A stretch of DNA of 64,000 nt from Candidatus Aminicenantes bacterium (GCA_963784525.1 CAWART010000020.1:151844-215843), one strand, 5' to 3'. Numbered from the stretch's first letter, positions 8,894-18,636 are shown. Translations and numbers: made by a program. Notes: generated by a model from the letters alone, not told the origin.

Positions 8894-10429
8894 TCAGCCC
8901 CGCGCCCGCGTCCCGCCGACGTTGATGCCGCGAATGCGGACGGTCGGCTGTCCGGCGTCGACCTCGGCCGCCTGGCCCTTCCCGCAGATGCCCGGGCCGA
9001 AGGCCAGGTTGTCGCCGACCGCGTCGATCCCCTGGATGATGTCCAGGCAGTTCCCGATGAGGGTCGCCCCTTTGACCGGCTCGGTCTTCTTCCCGTTCTC
9101 GATGAGGTAGGCCTCGCGGCAGGTGAAGTTGAAGACGCCGGTCGTGGGGTTGACGCTCCCCCCGCTCAGGCTCTGGACGTAGATCCCGCTCTTGGTCGAG
9201 GCCAGGATGTCGGCCGGGGCGTCGTGCCCCTTCTCGATGAACGTGTTGGTCATCCGCGGGATGGGGATGTAGCGGAAGCTCTCCCGGCGGCCGTTCCCCG
9301 TGCGCTCCATCCCGATCTGCCGGGCGGACAGGATGTCGGTCATGAACTTGAGAAGGACGCCGTCCTGGATGAGGACGTTCCTCTTCATCGGGGTGCCTTC
9401 GTCGTCGAAGTTCGTCGTCCCGCGGTGGTTCGGCAGAGAACCGTCGTCGACCATCGTGAAGACGTCGCTCGCGACCTTCTGTCCGAGCCTGCCGACGAAG
9501 ACCCCCGTCTTCCGGGAGATATTGTCGGCCTCGAGCGGATGGCCGACGGCCTCGTGGACGAGGACCCCGCCCCAGCCGTTCTCGATGACGACGTCCATCT
9601 TCCCGGCCGGGGCGTCCTTCGCCTCGAGCATGGCGACGGCTTCGCGGGCCGCCGCCCGGGCGACGTCCTCGGGCCGGACCTCGTCGAAGAGCTCCAGCCC
9701 GGCGTGCCGGCTGAGCCGCTCGCGGCTCATGTGGGAGGTCCCGTTCCCGACGCCGAGGGCCTGGACGATGAAGAAGATGAGGGGGAGTTCGTCTTCGAGG
9801 AGGAGCCCCTCGCTGTTGGCGATGGTCCGGCCGCGGACCTCGTCGGAATAATCGATGGAGGCCATCTTGATCTTCGCGTCGTAGGCGAGGGCGGCGTCGT
9901 GGGCCCTCCGGATGATCGCGACGCGCTTCTCGTCGGCCACGGTCTGGAGAGGGACCTTGACCGTGATGTACGACGGCGCCTTCCCGGCCCGAACGTCGAC
10001 GGGCGACGCCGCCTTCGTTCCGCGGGCGATATAGGAAGCGACCTCCGCGGCCCGCGTCAGCGCGGCCTCCGAGATCTCGTCCGTGTAGGCGTACCCCGTC
10101 TTGTCCCCGGAGATGACGCGGACTCCCGCGCCGCGGCTGACGCCGAAGACGGCGTCCTTGAACCGGGCTTCCTCCATCACGATGTTCCGCGACGTCCTGT
10201 GCTCCAGGTAGATCTCGGCGAAGTCCCCGCCCCGGGATAGCGCCTTCCGGATGATCCGGTCCAGGAGCGCCGGGTCGTAAGCCCCCGTCGAAGGTCCCGG
10301 CAAAGGCGCCCCCGACAGCAGCCCGTCGAGGAGCGACGGCGCGGCCACGGCGGCGATCCCGCCCTTCAGGCCGAGCTCCAGGAACTTGCGCCGGGGGATG
10401 TCGGTGATGAAAGTACGCGGCACGGTCAT
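8894..10429 (-). CDS. tldD: metalloprotease TldD with twin-arginine leader
   Basis: 511 aa with the HEAVGH motif. The N-terminus DIPRRKFLELGLKGGIAAVAAPSLL matches the Tat consensus. Confidence 0.9.
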   Translation of the reverse strand: MTVPRTFITDIPRRKFLELGLKGGIAAVAAPSLLDGLLSGAPLPGPSTGAYDPALLDRIIRKALSRGGDFAEIYLEHRTSRNIVMEEARFKDAVFGVSRGAGVRVISGDKTGYAYTDEISEAALTRAAEVASYIARGTKAASPVDVRAGKAPSYITVKVPLQTVADEKRVAIIRRAHDAALAYDAKIKMASIDYSDEVRGRTIANSEGLLLEDELPLIFFIVQALGVGNGTSHMSRERLSRHAGLELFDEVRPEDVARAAAREAVAMLEAKDAPAGKMDVVIENGWGGVLVHEAVGHPLEADNISRKTGVFVGRLGQKVASDVFTMVDDGSLPNHRGTTNFDDEGTPMKRNVLIQDGVLLKFMTDILSARQIGMERTGNGRRESFRYIPIPRMTNTFIEKGHDAPADILASTKSGIYVQSLSGGSVNPTTGVFNFTCREAYLIENGKKTEPVKGATLIGNCLDIIQGIDAVGDNLAFGPGICGKGQAAEVDAGQPTVRIRGINVGGTRARG

Positions 10430-10435
10430 GTTTCA

Positions 10436-10470
10436 CCCCTGTTCGAGGATTCCAAAGACATGAACAGGGG
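10436..10470. other. GC-clamped hairpin in the tldD / sulfatase divergent region
   Basis: cccctgttc ... gaacagggg forms a 9-bp stem with a 17-nt loop. Confidence 0.3.
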
Positions 10471-10581
10471 GCAGTATAACGCCCGTGCCTTGCGGAGTCC
10501 AGAGCTCCCCTTCCGCGGGCCGGCGGCCTGCGGGCCTGTCACCGGAGCCCGGAATCGGCTAGAATAGCGGCGGAGACGACG

Positions 10582-12507
10582 ATGCGCCCGATCGGCCCTG
10601 CCCTGGCTCTTGGATTCGCCCTATCCTTGTTTTCCGGTCCTGCCGCGGGGGGGGGCCGCCGGGACCTCAACGTCCTCCTGATCACCATCGATACGGTGCG
10701 GGCCGACCGTCTCGGCTGCTACGGGTATGCCGGGGCCGGGACTCCCAACCTGGACCGGCTGGCCGCCGAGGGGGTCCGGTTCGCCAACACCTATGCCCAG
10801 GTGCCGTTGACCCTGCCCTCGCATTGCTCGATCATGACGGGGACCTATCCCCTCGATCACCTCGTCCGGAACAACGGAACCTACGCCCTGGGCCCCGGAC
10901 TGCCGACGCTCGCCGGACTGCTCAAAGCGCAGGGTTTCCGGACCGGGGCGTTCGTCGCGTCCTTCACCCTGGATTCCCGTTTCGGGCTCGCCCGGGGCTT
11001 CGACGTCTACGACGACGACGTCCAGGGCGGGGAGGCCCTGAAGAGCTTCCGCTCGGAGCGCAGGGGCGAGGCCGTCCTCGCCGCCCTGGCGCCCTGGCTG
11101 GAGACGAACCGCGGAGAGCGGTTCTTCGCCTGGGCCCATTTCTACGATCCCCATCTCCCCTATGCCCCTCCCCCGCCGTTCGATGCGGCCTATGGAGGGA
11201 GGAAATATGACGGCGAGATCGCCTATGTGGACCACGTCATCGGCGGGCTGATCGAGATGTTGAAGGCCGGGGGCATCCTGGACCGGACGCTCATCATCGT
11301 CGCCGGGGACCACGGCGAGGCCCTGGGAGAGAAGAAAGAGATCGATCACGGGCTTTTCCTTTACGACGGCACTCTGAAGGTCCCCTTCATCGTCCGGCTC
11401 GGAAAGGACCTGCCCGCCGGACTCGTCGTGCCCGCGCGGGTCCGTCTCATCGATATCATGCCGACCGTCCTGGACATCCTGGGGATGCGCGTACCCTCCG
11501 GGGTCCGGGGGACGTCGCTCCTGCCCTATATCCGGGGGCGGAAGAAGGCCGATCTGCCCTCCTATATCGAAACCGTCTATCCCCGGGAGAATTACGGCTG
11601 GTCGGAATTGAAGGGCCTCCTCGACGGCCCCTGGAAATATATCCTGGCTCCGACGCCTGAACTGTACGACCTGGCCCGGGACCCCCGCGAGGAGAAGGAT
11701 CTCGTTTCGGAACAGCCTGCCGTCCTGAGGGAAAAGGCCGGGAAGCTCGGCGCGTTCCTCGCCGGGTCGGGGGCGCGGAAGGACGTCCCACGAAGGACGA
11801 TGACCGCCGCCGAGGCGGAACGGCTCAGGTCGCTGGGGTATCTCGGAGGCGGGCCCGCCGGCGACGGAGCGAAAAAAGGCCTTTCCGACCCGAAGGAAAA
11901 GATCGGCGACTATCTCCTCATTTTCCGGGGGAACCTGCTGGAGAACGAAGGGAGGCTCTCCCAGGCGGCCGAATGCTACCGTCAGGTCCTCGACGCGAAT
12001 CCCGACGTGCCGTCGAACCACGTCAACCTGGCCCTGCTGGAAATGAAAAGGGGCCGGGCCGACGAGGCCGCGCGGCTCCTGGAAGCGGCGAAGGCGAAAT
12101 TTCCCGATTCGGAGCTCGTCCTGTCGCGCCTGATGGGACTCTATCTCAACGCGGCGCGGTGGCGGGACGCGCTGTCCGTCGGGCGGGCCCTGCTCGGAAA
12201 GGACCCCGCACATTTCGACGCCCTTTTCCTGTCGGGAAGCGCCCACGCGCGCCTGGAAGAGTGGGAAGAAGCCGCGACCGATTATCGGAAAGCCCTGGCG
12301 ATCGAGTCCGAGAACCCCGCGCTTCAGCGCAGATACGCCGACGCCCTTCGCGCCAACGCCGTCTCTCTCGGGAGGAAAGGGAACCTCAAGGACGCGATCC
12401 TCTGGATGAGACGGTACCTGGAGGCGGTCTCTCCGGACGAAGGGCGCGGGCGGGACGAAGCGCGGCGGCTCATCGGGGAGTGGGAGCGCGCTTCGAAGTC
12501 CCTATGA
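10582..12507 (+). CDS. alkaline-phosphatase-superfamily (sulfatase-like) hydrolase with C-terminal TPR repeats
   Basis: 641 aa with a signal peptide and the motifs LITIDTVRADRLGCYG and PLTLPSHCSIMTGTYP. The C-terminal 200 aa are TPR-like. Confidence 0.8.
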   Translation: MRPIGPALALGFALSLFSGPAAGGGRRDLNVLLITIDTVRADRLGCYGYAGAGTPNLDRLAAEGVRFANTYAQVPLTLPSHCSIMTGTYPLDHLVRNNGTYALGPGLPTLAGLLKAQGFRTGAFVASFTLDSRFGLARGFDVYDDDVQGGEALKSFRSERRGEAVLAALAPWLETNRGERFFAWAHFYDPHLPYAPPPPFDAAYGGRKYDGEIAYVDHVIGGLIEMLKAGGILDRTLIIVAGDHGEALGEKKEIDHGLFLYDGTLKVPFIVRLGKDLPAGLVVPARVRLIDIMPTVLDILGMRVPSGVRGTSLLPYIRGRKKADLPSYIETVYPRENYGWSELKGLLDGPWKYILAPTPELYDLARDPREEKDLVSEQPAVLREKAGKLGAFLAGSGARKDVPRRTMTAAEAERLRSLGYLGGGPAGDGAKKGLSDPKEKIGDYLLIFRGNLLENEGRLSQAAECYRQVLDANPDVPSNHVNLALLEMKRGRADEAARLLEAAKAKFPDSELVLSRLMGLYLNAARWRDALSVGRALLGKDPAHFDALFLSGSAHARLEEWEEAATDYRKALAIESENPALQRRYADALRANAVSLGRKGNLKDAILWMRRYLEAVSPDEGRGRDEARRLIGEWERASKSL

Positions 12508-14108
12508 TCGCGACCGCGCGTCGTGAACGACCCGTCCGCCGACGACGGTCATCATGACCCGGGCCTCCTTGATCGCTCCGGGGTCCAAGGTGAAAATATC
12601 CCTGTCCAGGACGACGAGATCGGCGGCCTTCCCCGGCTCTAGAGATCCCTTGGCGTGTTCCATGAACTCCGCGCGGGCGCCGTTGCGCGTGAAGGCCAGG
12701 AGGGCTTCCTCCAGCGGGATCCTCTGGTCCGGGTGCCAGGCCTGAGGGCTGTCGCCGTCGCCCGCGTGCCGGGTGACCGCGGCGTGGACCCCGAGCAGGG
12801 GGTCGAGCGGGGCGACCGGCCAGTCGGATCCGAAGGCCAATTTCCCGCCGCCGTCGAGAAGGGAACGGAAGGCGTAGGTCGTCCGGGCGCGGTCCTTGCC
12901 CACCCTCTTTTCGACCCAGCCGGCCTCGGCGACGGCGTGATAGGGCTGGACCGACGGAACGACCCCGAGCCCATGGATGCGCGCGATCTCCCCGGGCCTC
13001 AGATGCTGGGCGTGCTCGATGCGCCACCGGCGGTCCCGCTCCCCGTTCCGGGAGAGGACCCGGCCGAAGATGTCGAGCACGAGGGCGTTGGCCATATCGC
13101 CGATGGCGTGGATGGCCACCTGGAGCCCGGCGGCGTCGGCCTTGAGGATCCGCTCCTCCATGATGCCCTCCGGGAACATCTCGGACGAAAGGTATCCGCG
13201 CGTATCCGGGTCGTCGGCGTACGGCTCGAAGAAATAGGCGCTGTGCGAGCCCAGACCGCCGTCGGCGAACCCCTTCATCCCCGCGATCCGGACCATGGCG
13301 CCGTCGACGGGGATCCGGGCCGCGGCGTCGAAGACGTCCATTTCCGCGATCGGAAGGTAGACGGACAGCCGGGCCGTGAGCCTGCCGGCGGCGAGCAGTT
13401 CGCGATAGACCGCCACGCTCGCAGCGTCCGACATGTCATGGACGGACGTGACCCCGAGCCTTGCGGCGTGACGGAGCGCGGCGGCGGCCGCAGCCAGGTC
13501 GGCCTTGCGCGAGGGTTTCGGGATATGGCTCGTCACGAGTTCCACGGCGGCGTCCCGCAGGATCCCGGTCGGCTCGCCCGTCGCCGGGTCCTTCTGGATC
13601 TCTCCACCCTCGGGAGAGACGGTGTCCTTCGTGATCCCGGCGATCCGGAGCGCCAGGCTGTTGACCAGGACGGTGTGGAGATCGTAGCGATGCACGCAGA
13701 CGGGATTTTCTGGCGAGGCCCCGTCGATCCAGGACCTGTCGGGAAACGCGGGGGGGAGAACAGTTCGTGGTCCCAGTGTCCGTCGAGGATCCAGTCCCCC
13801 GCTTCGAGCTCGGCGGCCTTCGCCGCGACGCGTCCGGCGAACGACCCGCGGTCGGTGACGTCCCGGAGCCGGATGCGGGACAGGGCGTAGCCTCCCTTCA
13901 GGAAATGCGTGTGGCAGTCGATGAATCCCGGAAGGAGGAGGGCGCCGCCGAGGTCGACGGTCATCGTCTCCGGCGTGGCGAGCCTTTCGAGCTCGGCTTG
14001 CCGGCCGACGCGCAGGATGCGGTCCCCTTCCGTCAGGACGGCCTCGGCCCGGGGGCGCGACGGGTCGGCCGTCCAGACGGACCCGTTCCTGAACAACAGA
14101 CTATTCAT
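12502..14108 (-). pseudogene. YtcJ-like amidohydrolase (family 3), reading frame broken once
   Basis: The N-terminal part is 13533..14108 (GFIDCHTHFLKGG) and the C-terminal part is 12502..13695. The frames join inside the G7 run at 13750-13756. It is a close paralog of the next gene. Confidence 0.8.
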
Positions 14109-14145
14109 GTCCGATCCCTTTCATGGGTCTCGCGGGCCGCTCCGC

Positions 14146-15852
14146 TTAAAGGACCCCTCCCCCCGGCCGGCGGTAGACGATCTTCCCGCCGACGACCGTC
14201 ATCGTGACCTTGACGTCCTTGATCCTCTCAGGAGCGATCTTGAAGAGGTCCTGATCGAGGATCACGAGGTCGGCCATCTTGCCCGCCTCGATGGAACCCT
14301 TCTCCTTTTCCGAGAACTCGGCGAAAGCGGCGTCGAGCGTGTAGCCCCGGAGGGCTTCCTCCAGGGTCAGCTTCTGCTCCGGATACCACCCTCCCGGATT
14401 CTTCCCGTCGATCGTCGCCCGGGTGACCGCCGCGTAGATGCCCGAGAGCGGGTCGAGCGGAGCGACCATCCAATCCGAGCCGAGGGCGAGCTTTGCTCCG
14501 CCCTCGAGGAGGGATTTGAAGGCGTAGGTCGTGCGACAGCGATCCTTCCCGATCCGCTTCTCGGCCCATCGGCCGTCGTCGATGGCGTGATAGGGCTGGA
14601 CCGAGGCGACGACCCCCAGCTTTCCGAACCGGGCGATGTCCTCGGGCCGCAGGTGCTGGGCATGCTCGATCCTCCAGCGCCTGTCCCGGGGGCCGTTCAC
14701 GGCCACGGCCTTCTCGAAGATGTCCAGGATGAGGTCGTTGGCCTTGTCCCCGATGGCATGAACGGCGACCTGGATGCCGTCGCGATCGGCCCGGAGGATG
14801 CGTTCCTCCATGGTGCCTTCCGGGGTCATCTGGGGGTGGACGATGCCCGTGTTCCCGGGGTCGTCCGTGTACGGCTCGAAGAAGACGGCGGTCCGGGCGC
14901 CGAGCCCGCCGTCACAGAAGGCTTTCAGCCCGGCGATACGGAGGTATTCGTTGCCGAACGGAGAGCGCATCTTCAGGCCGTCCAGCAGGTCGATCCGCGG
15001 GATGGGGATATAGAGGTATATCCGGCTCGTCAGGTTCCCGGCCCGATAAAGGTCCTGATAGGCCTCGAAGGCCGGAGTGAATTCGTCGGGGAAGGCCATC
15101 TCATGGACCGACGTCACGCCGTGCTCGGCGGCATGGGCGAGAGCGGCCTCGATGGCCCGGATATTGTCCTTGAGCGAGGGCGGCGGGATGAGCCCCGTCA
15201 CCAGGTTCATGGCCGATTCCTTGAGGATCCCGGTCGGCTCGCCCGTCTTCGGGTCCTTGAGGATCTCCCCTCCGGCCGGGGACGGCGTGTCCTTGGTGAT
15301 GCCCGCCATCCGCAGGGCGACGCTGTTGGCCAGCCCGATGTGGAGGTCGTAGCGCCGGACGAACACGGGATTCTCGGGCGTCTCCCGGTCGATCCATTCC
15401 TTGGCGGGAAGGATCGGCGGGTCGAGCCGCTCCTCGTCCCAGGTCCCGTTGAGGATCCATGCCCCCTTGTCCATCATGGCGACCTTGGCCGTGAATCGCG
15501 CGGCGAACTCCTGCCGGCTTCGGACGTCCTTGAGCTGGATGCTCGAGAGGGCGTATCCGCCCTGAAGGAAATGGGTGTGGCAGTCTATGAATCCCGGCAG
15601 GACGAGCGCGCCGTCGAGCCGGACGACCGTCGCCCCTTCGGGAGCGATCGCGGCGAGTTCGGCATCCGAGCCGACGCGGGCGATGCGCCCCTGACTGATG
15701 AGGACGGACTCCGCCCAGGGCCGGGCCGGGTCCATGGTCCGGATCCGGCCGCCGACGAGGAGGAGGTCCCCGGAAGTCGCCGGGGAAGCGGCGGGCGTCA
15801 TCGTCGCGAGGCCGGCGAGACAGAGGAACAGGGCAAGGATCTTCGATCTCAT
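14146..15852 (-). CDS. secreted YtcJ-like amidohydrolase (family 3)
   Basis: Contains PGFIDCHTHFLQGG (HxH). Start chosen at 15852 (MRSKILALFLCLAGLA), preceded by an AGGAG RBS. Confidence 0.85.
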   Translation of the reverse strand: MRSKILALFLCLAGLATMTPAASPATSGDLLLVGGRIRTMDPARPWAESVLISQGRIARVGSDAELAAIAPEGATVVRLDGALVLPGFIDCHTHFLQGGYALSSIQLKDVRSRQEFAARFTAKVAMMDKGAWILNGTWDEERLDPPILPAKEWIDRETPENPVFVRRYDLHIGLANSVALRMAGITKDTPSPAGGEILKDPKTGEPTGILKESAMNLVTGLIPPPSLKDNIRAIEAALAHAAEHGVTSVHEMAFPDEFTPAFEAYQDLYRAGNLTSRIYLYIPIPRIDLLDGLKMRSPFGNEYLRIAGLKAFCDGGLGARTAVFFEPYTDDPGNTGIVHPQMTPEGTMEERILRADRDGIQVAVHAIGDKANDLILDIFEKAVAVNGPRDRRWRIEHAQHLRPEDIARFGKLGVVASVQPYHAIDDGRWAEKRIGKDRCRTTYAFKSLLEGGAKLALGSDWMVAPLDPLSGIYAAVTRATIDGKNPGGWYPEQKLTLEEALRGYTLDAAFAEFSEKEKGSIEAGKMADLVILDQDLFKIAPERIKDVKVTMTVVGGKIVYRRPGGGVL

Positions 15853-15866
15853 TTGTGGACTCCTAA

Positions 15867-16256
15867 TCACTTCGCGTCCCGGTCGAAATGCGGCATGTCC
15901 GCGGGGAGCTCGAGCGTCATGTCGAGATACCCCGCGAATTCCCCGTCGATCGTCCAGGGCGCCTGGAAGACCAGCTTCTTCCGGCCGTCTCTGGTATACG
16001 TATAGACGTTCGTCCGGCGGCTGTCGATCAGGGCCTTCAGCTTGAGCTTGGCTCCCTCCGGATGGCAGTCGAAGACGGAGGCCCCGATGAGGTCGGGATG
16101 GCCGCTTTCGGCGAAGCCTTTTGCGGTACGTTCCGTCATGTCGATGATGACGTCGTTCTTGTCGATGACGGTGAGCGTCACCGGGAATTCCTTCACCCAG
16201 GGATGCGGGTCGGTCGTCCCTCCCGCGGCCGGGCGGCCGGGATCAGTCGGTTTCAT
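15867..16256 (-). CDS. small PAS-like domain protein
   Basis: Real start at MKPTDPG (16256), 129 aa. The core VIDKNDVIIDMTERTAKGF...FDCHPEGAKLKL...VFQAPWTIDGEFAGYLDMTLE looks like a PAS fold. No signal peptide and no output domain. Confidence 0.6.
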   Translation of the reverse strand: MKPTDPGRPAAGGTTDPHPWVKEFPVTLTVIDKNDVIIDMTERTAKGFAESGHPDLIGASVFDCHPEGAKLKLKALIDSRRTNVYTYTRDGRKKLVFQAPWTIDGEFAGYLDMTLELPADMPHFDRDAK

Positions 16257-17526
16257 GGGGCTTTCCTTTCTGGTCGATCTCGATGACGACGCCGCCGACG
16301 ATGACCGATTCCGGTCCGGTCGCGGAGGCGAAGGGGTCCTCCGGAAAAAGGACGACATCCGCCGACATCCCCGGCTCCAGGGACCCGAGGACGTCCCCCG
16401 CTCCGAGGATCTTCGCGGCATCAGAGGTCAGGGCGCGCAGGGCGTCTTCCGGCGTCAGACCGTGGCGGACGGCGACCCGGACCGTGTCGAGCAGGTCCTC
16501 TCCGTCCATCGTCGGGCCGGTCTTGAACGCGATGGTGACGCCGGCTTTCCGGAGCCGGGCCGCGTTCTCGAAGACGGCGCCCGCCGTCTCGATCGTCCGG
16601 CGCAGGGCCGCGCTCGTTCTGAGGATCACGGGGACCTTCCGTGCGGCCAGAACGTCCGCCGCCCGGCAGGCTTCCGCCCCCTCGTCGATGACGAGACGGA
16701 CCTTGAATTCGTCGGCGATCCTGAGCGCGGTCAGGACGTCGTCGTAGCGGTTGGCCGTGAGGACGAGGGGAAGGTCGCCCTTGATCACCGGGATCAGGGC
16801 CCGGACGGCCGGGGATGCCTGCGGGAGGGGATGTTCGTCCGCGGCCTTGGCGGCGGCCCGTTTGCGCCCGGCATCGTCGAGCCGGCGCAGGTGGTTCTGC
16901 GCGTCGGACAAGGCCTGCCTGAGAAGGGCGGCCGTGCCCATCCGCGTGTACGGGTACGCGCTGTTCTGTTTGGACCTGGGCTTGAGCGCCTCTCCGAGGG
17001 TCCCGTGGACCGCGGCCGGCGAGAGGACGATCATCTTCGCGACGTCCTCCCCTTCCAGCCGGAGGAGGGCGCTCCGTCCGGACAGAACGTTCCCCCGTCC
17101 GGGGGTCACGAGGGCCGAGGTGACGCCCCGGCGCGCCGCCGCGGCGACGAACCGGTTTCCCGGATCGAACGCGTCGACGACATCCAGCTGGGGGGTCAGC
17201 GGCTGGGAGGCTTCGTCGCCGTCTCCCGCGACGCTCCCGGCCTCGACGGTCCCCAGGTCCGTCCCCGCATCGATGAATCCGGGGAGGACATATTTTCCGG
17301 TGGCGTCGATGACCCTCGAGTCGGGCGGGACCGCCAGGTCCTTCCCGACGGACAGGATCTTTCCGTCCTGGATGATGATCGTCCCGTTGGCGATCGCCCC
17401 GTGCGTTCCGGTGATGAGGGTCCCGCCCCGGATGACGATGGGACGTTCCCGCGGCCCGGCGCCGGCCGGCGAAAGGCAAAGGGCTATTCCCGCGGCAATG
17501 ATGAATCTTCCGGCCGTTCTGCCCAC
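16243..17526 (-). CDS. secreted amidohydrolase-fold protein with degenerate metal motif
   Basis: 427 aa with a signal peptide. It has PGFIDAGTDLG where the HxH motif normally sits. The C-terminus SLEPGMSADVVLF is typical of the fold. Confidence 0.8.
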   Translation of the reverse strand: MGRTAGRFIIAAGIALCLSPAGAGPRERPIVIRGGTLITGTHGAIANGTIIIQDGKILSVGKDLAVPPDSRVIDATGKYVLPGFIDAGTDLGTVEAGSVAGDGDEASQPLTPQLDVVDAFDPGNRFVAAAARRGVTSALVTPGRGNVLSGRSALLRLEGEDVAKMIVLSPAAVHGTLGEALKPRSKQNSAYPYTRMGTAALLRQALSDAQNHLRRLDDAGRKRAAAKAADEHPLPQASPAVRALIPVIKGDLPLVLTANRYDDVLTALRIADEFKVRLVIDEGAEACRAADVLAARKVPVILRTSAALRRTIETAGAVFENAARLRKAGVTIAFKTGPTMDGEDLLDTVRVAVRHGLTPEDALRALTSDAAKILGAGDVLGSLEPGMSADVVLFPEDPFASATGPESVIVGGVVIEIDQKGKPHETD

Positions 17527-17562
17527 GTCGTTCCTCCTCCGCTCCTGCGTTCCCCGGGGGCG

Positions 17563-18636
17563 TCAGAACTTGAGGCGCGCGCTCAGGTTGAGATACGTGT
17601 CCGAACCGGGCCCGGACACGTCCCCGAGTTTATCATAAAAAACATGCTTGATATTGGGAATGATCGTGATGTTGTCGGAAACTTTCCAACCGAATCCGGC
17701 GATGACGAGGTTCGAGGGGGCGCGGTCCGAGAACGGGATATAGGAGATCCCGGGACCGAGCGGGTTCGGGTCCGGCATCCGGTCGAAGCGGAGCACGACC
17801 TCGGCTCCGGCGCGGACCTTGAGGACCGCGAGGGCCGACCACAGGCGCCAACGGTCGCTCGCTTCGCCCGCCCGCGTCTCCCTCAGGGCATAGAGGAATC
17901 CGGCCCTCCCCCATCGGCCTTCATAGCCCGAGAAGACCTGAAAGAGGCGATAGGTCCGGGAATCCTTCTGCCGCTCGGTGTCGGCATAAAGGTCGAGGTG
18001 AAAGCCCTTCAGCGGCTTGACGATGAACTGGGCGTAGGCCTTCTTCCCCTTGTTGGTCTCCGCGTTGTTCCCTTCGCCGTTCCCGAACATCACCTTGTAG
18101 GAAACGGTCCCCGCGGAATTCAGGTTGCCTTTCAGGGCGACGCCAAAGTCCCTGGCCGAGCCGAACTTCTGCAGGTCGCAGGGGGTCTTTTCGAGCGCCC
18201 GATAGCCCCAGAAGGATTCGACGTTCTCCCAGGTCGGGGTCGCGATGAGGCCGACCTGGAGGTCCTGGCCCTTCAGTCGGAAATTCAGGAAGGCGTCCTT
18301 GACGAACGGAACGAGGAGCGAATTCGTTTTGAAATCCCCCGAGGAACTCATCTCCAGCTTGAAGCGGAACGACAGGCTGGAAGACAGGGCGTCGTCGAAC
18401 GTCAGGTTGATCCTCCGGAACCAGAAGCCGTTCTGCCCCGCGAGGTTCGCGTCATGCTGACGGGCGACGGAATAGAATTCCGAGAAGACCTCGCCGCTGA
18501 TCAGGATCGGAGAGCCCGCACGGGCAGGGGCGGCGAACGCGGAGAGAAGGGTCGCCGCTCCGATGAAGAGCTTCCCGATGATGGGAGCAAGGAAGGCCCG
18601 GAAGCGGCCCCGAAGGGCCCGGTTATCGTTTATCAT
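17563..18636 (-). CDS. outer-membrane beta-barrel porin
   Basis: Start at MINDNRALRG (18636) with signal peptide ...LLSAFAAPARA. Alternating beta-strand pattern and a C-terminal ...NLSARLKF (terminal Phe). Confidence 0.7.
   Translation of the reverse strand: MINDNRALRGRFRAFLAPIIGKLFIGAATLLSAFAAPARAGSPILISGEVFSEFYSVARQHDANLAGQNGFWFRRINLTFDDALSSSLSFRFKLEMSSSGDFKTNSLLVPFVKDAFLNFRLKGQDLQVGLIATPTWENVESFWGYRALEKTPCDLQKFGSARDFGVALKGNLNSAGTVSYKVMFGNGEGNNAETNKGKKAYAQFIVKPLKGFHLDLYADTERQKDSRTYRLFQVFSGYEGRWGRAGFLYALRETRAGEASDRWRLWSALAVLKVRAGAEVVLRFDRMPDPNPLGPGISYIPFSDRAPSNLVIAGFGWKVSDNITIIPNIKHVFYDKLGDVSGPGSDTYLNLSARLKF

Noticed and set aside
7530-10436. Single 968-aa ORF spanning the pmbA and tldD regions.
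   Set aside because: Only the C-terminal 445 aa (from the ATG at 8867 with an AAGGAGA RBS) look like a protein (PmbA). The upstream part is an R/G/P-rich out-of-frame read-through over tldD, which is encoded in another frame (8894..10429).
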